From: Leucoraja ocellata
Lineage: Eukaryota
DNA length: 64,000 nucleotides
Direction of reading: 5' to 3'
Assembly (NCBI GenBank): GCA_036785375.1
Contig: JAWMAR010000085.1
Location: forward strand, 7,750,001 to 7,814,000
The translations under genes and the position numbers were made by a program. A model generated the notes under the pieces. It did not search any database and was not told the DNA's origin. It worked only from the letters and a program-made list of their open reading frames with translations. Shown here piece by piece: positions 50,206 to 59,606 of this stretch. Numbering within the stretch: the stretch's first letter is position 1; each line of letters opens with the position of its first letter.

Positions 50206-51507
50206 GTAATAGTCATGAGCAAAGATAAAGAAAGGACGGTGTTAATTTAGTATTGTTGATATTAAGGGCATTGATAGACAGGATTGCCATTATTGCCATC
50301 ATTCGTTGCTTTGACAAGTTCATTTTGTACTGTTGCTTCCACTTTCGAAGCATTGTGCTTTTTTCTGGTCACACTGCTATAGGAAGGATGTCATTAAGCT
50401 GGAAAGATTGCAGAGAAGGTTAACAAGTATGTTGCCAGGACTTGAGGACCTGAGCTATATGGAGAAGTAGGGCAGGCTAGGACTTTATACCTTGGAGTGC
50501 AGGAGGCTAAGAGGTGATCTTGTAGAGTTGTATAAAATCATGACGGGATAGGATGTCTATATTACCCGGAGTAGGGGAATCAAGACCCAGCGGACATAGG
50601 TTTAAGGTGAGAGAGGAAAGGTTTAATAGGAACCTGAGGGGCAACATTTTCACACAGTGGATATACACAAACGAGCTGCCGGAGGAGGGAGTTGAGGCAG
50701 GTACTATAAACAGCATTTAAAAGACACTTGGACATGTACATGGATAGGAAAAGTCTAGAGGGATATGGGACCAGTTCAATGGGACAGTGGCGTAGCGGAA
50801 GTGTTACTGCCTTACACTGCCAGAGATTCAGGGTGTTGTCTGTACAGAGTTTGCACGTTCTCCATGTGATCATGTGGGTTTTCTTCGAGTGCTCGAGTTT
50901 CCTCTCACATTCCAAAAACATACAGGGTTTGTAGGTGAACTGGCTTCTATAAATTACCCCGAGTGTGTAGGATCCGAAACTGGGAAAATGAATTAAATCG
51001 TTGGTTGGTGCGGACTCGGTGGGCTGAACGGCATGTTCCCAGGCTGTATTTCTAAACTAAACCAAAAGATGGGGCATCTTGGTCAAGATGAACGAGTTGG
51101 CCCGAAGAGCCTGTTTCTATCCTCTATGACTATAACTTTACGGGGAATGTACATAATCATATTGTCATTTAGTCAATGATAGCAGTTTATTTCCCAGTTT
51201 CAACAGACTATAACTTGAAGGGTTTTGCTGTTTTCGGGCACCTACTGCAGGTCCTAGACTGGAGAGGTAGCAGGTAAGAAAAGTTCTGTTGACACTCTTG
51301 TGGTGACTTCCTGCAGAGCACGCTGTAAATAGTAATTAATAATTGATTCAAGGTAGAAGATCAACTGTAGGATAGATATTGTTGAATGTTGTTTGATTAA
51401 GTTGTGATTGCTCCACAGGACAATAAGTTCAAATTTAGAAATAAAGATCATTGAAATAGTAGCATTTGCCAATATTGTTTTTTCATGTTTGATTTTCTCA
51501 TTTTCAG

Positions 51508-51634
51508 CATACTCTGAAATCAGTGAATATTACTGCCCTTCCTGATAAAGGTCAAAGGCTAATAAATCAGGTCAAAGAACTGGAGGACGCTCTTAGTACA
51601 TTGCATCTGACTGCCTCAGACAAACAGGACAAAG
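51508..51634 (+). CDS. TTF2: TTF2 exon 6
   Basis: Acceptor ttttcAG. Translates to HTLKSVNITALPDKGQRLINQVKELEDALSTLHL, with the conserved LPDKG motif. Donor AAAG|GTact. Confidence 0.92.
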
Positions 51635-53632
51635 GTACTGTATTTAGTTCATTAGAATTAATGACTGAATTTACTCGTACATCTTTGAATAAAACTAATG
51701 ACTTCCAGTGTGGGCGGCACAGGAGTAGAGTTGCTGCCTTACAGCGTCAGACACCCGGATTCAATCCTGATTACGGGTGCTGTATGTAAGGCGTTTGTAT
51801 GTTCTCCCTGTGACTCCATGGGTTTTCTTTGGCTGTTCCGGTTTCCATCCGCACTCGAAAGACATACAGGTTTGTAGGTTAACTGGCTTTGGTAAAATTG
51901 TAAATTGACCCCAGTGTGTAGGATAGTGCTAGTGCACAGGGTGATCGCAGGTTGGTATGCACTCGGTGGACTGAAGGGCCTGTTCCTCTAAACTAAGTTA
52001 TATTCCAAGGAGCTGTACTGGAGGATTTTGTACAAAGGTTGCGGCCAAGCCATGTTGGGGTTCATAAATAGAGATGATGTTGGTCCTAAGATAGGAAAGA
52101 TGAGCAGCAAGATTGCGGGCGGAACTCAAGAGCTTCAGAGCTTATTATTGATTTAAAGATGCAGCATAGAACCAGGACCTTCGGCCCACCAAGTCCACGC
52201 TGACGTTCGATCATCTGTACATGCTAGTTCCATGTTATCCCACTTTCTCATCTACTCCCTACACAATTTACAGAGGCCAATTACCCTACGTCGCATGTAT
52301 TTGGGATGTGGGAGGAAACCTGAGCATCCGGAGGAAACCTACAGTCACAAGGTAAACGTGTAAACTTCACACAGACAGACCTGTTGTCGGGATCGAACCC
52401 AGGCCTCTGGTACCTCTACCAGCTGCTGCAGTGACAACTGAATGGAAGCACTTTTTCAATGAATCCTTGCTGCTTCTACATCATTTTTTTTAAATCAATT
52501 CTGCTAGTAAAATAAATTTTCATCTAGTTTTGATTTAAAAGTTCTGGTGTCATGTATAAATCCATACGAATGAAACAGCTTTTCTGCTCAGCAAGGGTTT
52601 TAAAAGTTAGCTAAAAGCTGTCTAGTTATTGTTGTAATTTCTTGCAGATACTTGATGTCATGTTTTAGATTTACAACACCCTTTTAGTGGTGGTTCTCTT
52701 TTTTAACAGATTTTGGAGAGTGGGTCTGGGCTGGGGTGGAGGACTGGGGGAACGTCCCATAACTGAACCAGTCTCGATTTCCATCGGTCTGGTGGATTTG
52801 GAAAGTTTCCCTGACAAGATACTAGTAGATCAGAATCTAGGAACTGTGGTTAGTACACTCTGCTGTCAGATTGTACATAATGGATTCTGAAACCATCTCA
52901 ACAAGACAATGACATAAAAAGCTGGAGCAACTTAGCAGGTCAGGCAGCATCTCTGGAGAAAAAGGAATAGGTGATGTTTCGGGTCAACCCAAAATGTCAC
53001 CTGTTTCTTTTCTCCAGAGATGCTGCCTGACCTGCTGAGTTACTCCTGCTTTTAGTGTCTATCTTTGGTTTAAACCAGCATCTGCAGTTCCTTCCTCAAC
53101 AAAGCAATCGCAGCACACAGTAATTTGTGAATACAAATTAACATAAGAAATAACAGTGGGCAGGGGCCATTTGCCCCTTGACCTGCTCTGCATTCAGCAA
53201 GATCGAGTACAGCACAGTGGCACTGTTGGTAGAGCTGCTGCCTCTGCCACAGCTCCGGGTTCAATCCTGACCTTGGATTCTGTCTGTGCAGCATTTGCAC
53301 CTTCTCCCTGTGACCGTGTGGGCTTCCTACTGGTGCTCCGGTTTCCTCCCACATCCCAAAGTTTAGAGGTTAATTGGTCTCTGTAAATTTCCCGTAGTTT
53401 GTAGGTAGTGGATGAAAAAGTGGAATAACATAGAACTAGTGTGAACGGGTGATCGATGGTGGGCCGAATTCTTGGCTGGTCTTTTACTTCACCATTTATT
53501 TATTTTTTGCTCCATTTTCCACTATTATTCAGGGATTCATTAAAAATGCAAGTTGCCTGTAAATTAATTGGTATAAACTGTAGAATTATAATCAAAATTG
53601 TCACTGCATTTCAACAATGTCTTTCATTGTAG

Positions 53633-53791
53633 GAGAAGAAATGAAGAACAGGCTAACCAATCCTTTTGATAAAAGTGTCACCACCTTAAGTAAACCAGCG
53701 ATTGATGATCTAAAGTCTGCTGCCGTACTACCACGTTTCAATGAAGCTTCCTTGCTCGGATCAAGTCAATTTTCTAACCAGGTGTACGCAG
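53633..53791 (+). CDS. TTF2: TTF2 exon 7
   Basis: Acceptor ctttcattgtAG. Translates to GEEMKNRLTNPFDKS...SNQVYA. Donor GCAG|GTaaa. Phase 1-1 fits the flanking exons; protein conservation is weak. Confidence 0.78.
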
Positions 53792-54432
53792 GTAAACCAT
53801 CGCAATGTTCCTTGCTCTGGGGAAAAAAGATTTAATTGATCGTTGCTGTAGGCTGCTCAGTCCATCAAGTCAATCTATTAGCACTGCCAACACAAGGAAC
53901 TAATGCTGGAATCTTGCTGGAGTGCTGAAGTAACTCAGTGGGTCAGACAGCATCTGTGGATAATGTGGATAGGCAACGTTTTGGGGGAGTAGACCCTTCA
54001 GTAATTTGTATTTTGTATATTGTTTGCTTTCAATGTTTTGCTTTCAATAGTTTTTAATGCAATCATCTAATTCCTTTAAGAGCATTTAAGAAGACTTTGG
54101 TGTCAAATTGAACATGAGATTTATCTGGAAGAAGAAAGAAACTGCAGATGCTAGAATCTTGTAGCCAATGTTTTGGGTTGGGACCCTTCTATAGACTGAT
54201 GCAGGCCTGACCCGCTGAGTTACTTCAGCAGGTTCTTTTTAAACTCAAGGTTGCAACATTTGCAGTCTCTTGCGTGTTATATTTTGAGTTTTACTCAGAT
54301 TATAAATTCTATTTATATCAAACCCGGCCTCTGGCACTGTGAGCCAGCAGCTCTACCTGTAACACTATGTGCCGCCCTTATAAGTTCTGGAACGTGTTTT
54401 TTGTTACACATTGTGAAATCCCTTTACTTCAG

Positions 54433-54590
54433 CAGATTTTCAACAGCAGAGTGCATGTGGTGGACAGAAAGGCCAGGATCGACTCTACACCATCACAAAG
54501 GTGACCAGTGAGGCCATTGAACAACTCCACAAATCATTGGAGACTTGCCCAGACACGATTGATGAAACTGAAGATCCACAATACCTCAAG
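54433..54590 (+). CDS. TTF2: TTF2 exon 8
   Basis: Tandem acceptor ttcAG/CAG, so the start is 54433 or 54436. Translates to ...KVTSEAIEQLHKSLETCPDTIDETEDPQYLK. Donor AAG|GTaaa. Confidence 0.92.
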
Positions 54591-54809
54591 GTAAATTGCA
54601 ATACAAAACAACTGCAGATGCTGATTTATAGCAAAGATAGACAAAAAATTCTAGAGTGACTCAGCCGGTGGAAAAATGGATAGGTGATATTTTGGGTTGG
54701 GACCCTTCTTCAGACTGATTGTGAGGAGGAGGAGGAGAAAGAGCTGGAAGCAAGAAAAGGCCAGAACATATTGGGGCTGGCCAAGTTTACATTGTTGTAA
54801 ACTGTGGAA

Positions 54810-56740
54810 CTGGTTAACGGATTTTTAGTGTTGGAAGGGGGCATGAGAGTATCACTCTCACCCTCTCTATCCCAACTTTCTCTGCTCTCATCTGCCCTGA
54901 TCCTCCCTTAAACCCCCTTGTTCCCACAGTACCCCTCAGCCCCTCAAAAACGCTGTTTCTTTCATCTCCCACCAATACCTGCCCATCACCCATCACATGA
55001 GCCAATCAATCCTTCCCTCGTGGGAGGGGGGCAAAAATCTCACTCTTTACTCTCCTTGAAGCTGCTGATCCCATTGTCTCTCTGTCACCTCTCCATCTCC
55101 TTTTCCCTACCCTCAGTCACTCCCTCCCTCACCTCTCCCCTTTCGCACTCTCCCACTAAAAACAATGTTTAAATAACATTTCTTCTCCTCCCATCCCCCA
55201 CTCCGTCAACTCTCATAGATTGTGTAATGGCAGCAGAGATCCCATTGTGATGTCATTTTTGGTTTTTGGAATCTTCACGGCAGCTTGTATAAATGAGATC
55301 CCATTGTGGTTGGATGACTGTGAGATACCATTGTGACATCATCACTGGAAACTGCCAGAATCGTCTCCCACTCAAGGCAGTTATTATTTTAAAAGTTGAC
55401 TTTTTTTAAACTTTAAATATCAATAACTTGTGATATATAACATCAAATGTGCAGAAACCTGATACTAATGTGAGATTCAATAATCACAAATGCTCTTGAG
55501 ACAAATTCAGACAAAGAAGTGTTTTTATTAATTTCATATTCTGCAGAATAGGTGCCTCTCCTCTGATGTCCCCTAGAGGCACACCGAGGATCGGGATGTC
55601 TTCTATCTTTATACATTTCTTTTAATTATTATCACATTCTCATCCCTCCCCATTTAGCTTCTTCCAATCATTACATAAAGCCCTGTTTCCCACGAGAACA
55701 TCTGGGAACGCCCACCCAACGTCAAAGACACCTCCCCTATCATGCATCGCATGTGCATTTAAATTAGGCATCTTGTCATAGTGGGTGTGTGTACATATTC
55801 ATGTGATCTCATCAAGCATGCGTAGTTGAGCGTGACTTCGTGTCCCTCTCCCCTTTGTTCTAATTCCTCTGCTATCTCCTGCTGAAGTCTTTCTATTGCT
55901 ACTTTTTATCTAGAATTTCTCTCTGTTCTTTATATAATTACTTTCTATTCTACTAGCAGTCTGGCTTCTGCTGACACCTTATTTCTTTCAAAGTTATTTT
56001 TCTATCCCTAGTCTAAATCAACCATGTCTGTTAACTCTTTCCTCACACTAATGACCATGGGAAAAAGTTGAGTAAGATTCTACAAAAATGTTTGCGCTAT
56101 TGTGTACCGTTTTGGCGTTGTTCCTTGATCTCACAGACAGACAGACAGGCAAACAAGACAAGACAAGTGGGACCCATTGGGCCCTGTCCCCCAACGCGAG
56201 AGGTCTGGTCCCCGAGCGCAGCGTCAGCGTTAAACCCCCCCCCTCAGGAGCCAATCACCACCATCCCCCGCTCCCCCAACGCAACCCGTTTGCCCAACGC
56301 AATATTACACCACTCACCCAATTGTACAGGCGCGGCTCATTTCCCCTCATCCTCCAACACTCCCTTCCCCCCCCCCCCCCCCCCCTCCTCTTCACCCTCT
56401 TTCTCTCCCCTTACCTCCTCCACTCCCCCCTTCACCTCTCTTGTCCCCCACCCTCAGTCACTCCCTCCATAGCCCCTCTCCCCTCCCTACCCCCCTGACT
56501 GGTTGGGCCCCGTTTCCGCTCCCTTGAGCCAATCAATCCTTCCCACGTGTGGGGGGAGCGGGAAGAGGCAGTCGGCGCTTCCCAAAGCCAATGAATGGGC
56601 TTGACTTTTAGGTTAGACAGACAAACAAGACGAGACTTTTAATAGACTAAGTGGGACCGGGAGGGTGCGTCGAGCCAATCACCCCCATCACCCCCCACAA
56701 GGAAATTTAGGGAATTTATGGAGGCAATCAATCGTCCCTG
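54810..56740 (-). mobile_element. Cluster of Helitron-like fragments (host of the solo LTR)
   Basis: Minus-strand 5' end TCTATTAAAAGTCTCGTCTTGTTTGTCTGTC at 56646. Ends resembling Helitron 3' ends: GGGCCC-aat-GGGTCCCACTTGTCTTG near 56160-56184 and GGTCCCACTTAGTCTA near 56643-56658. Shared motif gagccaatcaatccttccc at ~54999 and 56527. Confidence 0.55.
55469..56047 (-). mobile_element. Solo LTR (ERV or Gypsy type)
   Basis: Termini TGTGAG...CTCACA and 4-bp TSD CTAA (55465-55468 / 56048-56051). On the minus strand, TATAAA (55608-55613) is followed by AATAAA (55524-55529). Confidence 0.8.
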
Positions 56741-56749
56741 TGAGGGGTG

Positions 56750-57000
56750 CTGGGAGGGGACCCGCGAATGGGCATCTTGGTCAGGCCCAGGAACAAACCG
56801 ACAGGGAGATTCCCCCCCCCCCCCTGCCCTCTCCACTCCCTGCCATTGTGTCCAAATACCAGGATCGTGGGACTAAAGTGCGACCAGAACTTGAGGAGCA
56901 GCCCCTTCAGATATTCGTACAGCGGCAGCAACCTCACACACTCCTTATACATATGGAACACAGTCTGTACCTCGCCGCAGAAAATACAGGAGGTCGGGAA
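56750..57000 (-). mobile_element. L1/Tx1-clade ORF2 C-terminal fragment
   Basis: Translates to CIFCGEVQTVFHMYKECVRLLPLY...LLLKFWSHFSPTILVFGH, a CCHC zinc knuckle typical of Tx1. Confidence 0.7.
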
Positions 57001-57235
57001 GCCGACCGGCGTTCCCCTTACACTAGCACTATCAGACACACAATGAATAATCTTCGGAGCACCCTAAGACAACCCACATGGTCACAACTCCACACAAACA
57101 GCACCCGTAGTCAGGATCAAACCTGGGGTCTCTGGCACTGTAAAGCAGCAGTTCTACCACTGCGCTACTATGTCGCCCATATGTAATTGAAATGAAACGT
57201 TTTAAACATGATTTCAAACCTGTATATCTTCGCAG

Positions 57236-57317
57236 GTCACGCTATTAGTTCATCAGAGACAAGCATTGGCTTGGTTATTGTGGAGAGAGAAGCAGAGACC
57301 ATCTGGTGGCATACTGG
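57236..57317 (+). CDS. TTF2: TTF2 exon 9, start of the SNF2 ATPase domain; gene continues beyond the window
   Basis: Acceptor cttcgcAG. Translates to [27 protein letters not shown](A), immediately before the Walker A exon (ADDMGLGKT), which is not in the window. Donor G|GTaag. Confidence 0.95.
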
Positions 57318-57827
57318 GTAAGAGTTCCTTTCAGTAAGGTTGTAAAAAGCTGACCCATTTGTGGAAGAACAACTGAAGGGTGGAACGTGTATCAAGGTCA
57401 AAACACGAACATCCGGTGCTCTTGTTAACCTCAGTGCAAACTATGTGCTGTTTTACAGCAGCGTGTATCAAGAGGCCAAATGCTCTGTGGTTTTATTACC
57501 AAGATGCATTTAAATTAGAGTGCACCCTTTGAGGTCTTTGAATCTAAATGCTAGAAATAACTCCTGCTTCAGAACTTCTACAGTTGTGCTTCACACCATG
57601 TGAGAAGTTGCCAACATTTAAAGTCGGTTGCCTCTATGAGAGATGTATCCACAATGGTACCATTTAAAAAATATATGCATGATCAAAAAATAAGGAAAGA
57701 ACCTATCTTGGTCAAATATTTGTTAACCCATGTCAATCAAGTGGTATTCTTAAGCAACAAGGTTACCTTCAATTCCTTAAAGGCATTCATATCGAGCACA
57801 TGAAAAGGTTCACCTTTTGACATTTGT

Positions 57828-58023
57828 CATAGTCATACAGCCCAGAAATAGGCTCTTCGGCCCAACTCATTGCCGACCAAGATGTCCCATCTATGCTTGT
57901 CATATTTACCCACATTTGGCCCATGCCCTCTAACTCTTCCTATCCATTTACCTGTCCAAGTGTCTGTTAAATGTTGTTATACTACCTGCCTCGACTACCT
58001 CCCCTGGCAGCTTGTTCCATATA
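57828..58023 (-). mobile_element. Old CR1 3' fragment serving as the Tc1 target
   Basis: Matches other CR1 3' ends in the window (ggcccaac...ccatgccctctaa...actacctcccctggcagc) and is cut at the TA target. Confidence 0.75.
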
Positions 58024-58241
58024 CAGTGGCTTGCAAATGTTTTCATACCCCTTGAACTTTTCCACATTTTGTCACGTTACAACCACAAACGTAAATGTAT
58101 TTTATTGGGATTTTGTGTGATAGACCAACACAAAGTGGTGCATAATTGTGAAGTGGAAGGAAAATGATACATGGTTTTCAAATTTTTTTACAAATAAAAA
58201 ACTGAAAAGTGTGGCGTGCAAAAGTATTCAGCCCCCCTGAG

Positions 58242-59261
58242 TCAATACTTTGTAGAACCACCTTTCGCTGCAATTACAGCTGCAAGTCTTTTGGGGTATG
58301 TCTCTACCAGCTTTGCACATCTAGATACTGAAATATTTGCCCATTCTTCTTTGCAAAATAGCTCAAGCTCAGTCAGATTGGATGGAGAGGGTCTGTGAAC
58401 AGCAATTTTCAAGTCTTGCCAGAGATTCTCAATTGGATTTAGGTCTGGACTTTGACTGGGCCATTCTAACACATGAATATGCTTTGATCTAAACCATTCC
58501 ATTGTAGCTCTGGCTGTATGTTTAGGGTCGTTGTCCTGCTGGAAGGTGAACCTCCGCCCCAGTCTCAAGTCTTTTGCAGACTCTAACAGGTTTTCTTCCA
58601 AGATTGCCCTGTATTTGGCTCCATCCATCTTCCCATCAACTTTGACCAGCTTCCCTGTCCCTGCTGAAGAAAAGCATCCCCACAGCATGATGCTGCCACC
58701 ACCATGTTTCACAGTGGGGATGGTGTGTTCAGGGTGATGTGCAGTGTTAGTTTTCCGCCACACATAGCGTTTTGCATTTAGGCCAAAAACTTCAATCTTG
58801 GTCTCATCTGACCAGAGCACCTTCCTCCACATGTTTGCTATGTCCCCCACATGGCTTGTGGCAAACTGCAAACGGGACTTCTTATGGCTTTTTTTCAACA
58901 ATGGCTTTCTTCTTGCCACTCTTCCATAAAGGCCCGATTTGTGGAGTGCACGACTAATAGTTGTCCTGTGGACAGATTCTCCCACCTGAGCTGTGGATCT
59001 ATGCAGCTCCTCCAGAGTTACCATGGGCCTCTTGCCTGCTTCCCTGATCAATGCTCTCCTTGCCCGGCCTGTCAGTTTAGGTGGACGGCCATGTCTTGGT
59101 AGGTTTGCAGTTGTGCCATACTCTTTCCATTTTGGGATGATGGATTGAACAGTGCTCCGTGAGATGTTAAAAGCTTGGGATATTTTTTTATAACCTAACC
59201 CTGCTTTAAACTTCTCCACAACTTTATCCCTGACCTGTCTGGTGTGTTCCTTGGGCTTCAT
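58242..59261 (-). CDS. Tc1 transposase, 339 aa, uninterrupted frame
   Basis: Starts MKPKEHTRQVRDKVVEKFKAGLGYKKIS and contains GRPPKL, WSDETK, FQQDNDPKH and SPDLNPIENLW (D-34-E counted by hand). Ends KGGSTKY. The first 49 aa of the ORF-track call are mostly read from the LINE 3' UTR. Confidence 0.95.
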   Translation of the reverse strand: MKPKEHTRQVRDKVVEKFKAGLGYKKISQAFNISRSTVQSIIPKWKEYGTTANLPRHGRPPKLTGRARRALIREAGKRPMVTLEELHRSTAQVGESVHRTTISRALHKSGLYGRVARRKPLLKKSHKKSRLQFATSHVGDIANMWRKVLWSDETKIEVFGLNAKRYVWRKTNTAHHPEHTIPTVKHGGGSIMLWGCFSSAGTGKLVKVDGKMDGAKYRAILEENLLESAKDLRLGRRFTFQQDNDPKHTARATMEWFRSKHIHVLEWPSQSPDLNPIENLWQDLKIAVHRPSPSNLTELELFCKEEWANISVSRCAKLVETYPKRLAAVIAAKGGSTKY

Positions 59262-59606
59262 GATGCTGTTTGTTAGAAACATAGAAACATAGAAAGTAGG
59301 TGCGAAAGCAGACCACCAGGTCCATCGAGCCCGCACCGCCATTCGCTCATGGCTGAACACTAAACAGACACACTTACCCACAAACAGTAGACACAAGACA
59401 CAGAACACAAGACACTACCCTCCCCTTTATACCGCTATCACCCCTCTCCACCCCAAGAACCTCGTGATCTCCTGGGGGAGGCAAAAAAACGGATAAAAAC
59501 CCAGGTCCAATTCGGGAAAAAAATCCGGGAAATTCCTCTCCGACCCCAATCTAGGCGATCGACACTTGTCCAGGAGATCACTCAGGTCTTACTATACTAA
59601 CCATAC

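Noticed and set aside
52710-52890. Extra TTF2 exon after the good-looking acceptor ttttttaacAG
   Set aside because: In the required phase it reaches TAA within 18 codons and shows no TTF2 similarity.
59262-59408. 388-aa ORF as a novel N-terminally extended transposase
   Set aside because: The extra 49 codons are LINE 3' UTR/tail plus 13 nt of Tc1 UTR, starting at a non-ATG codon. The native start is MKPKEH at 59261.
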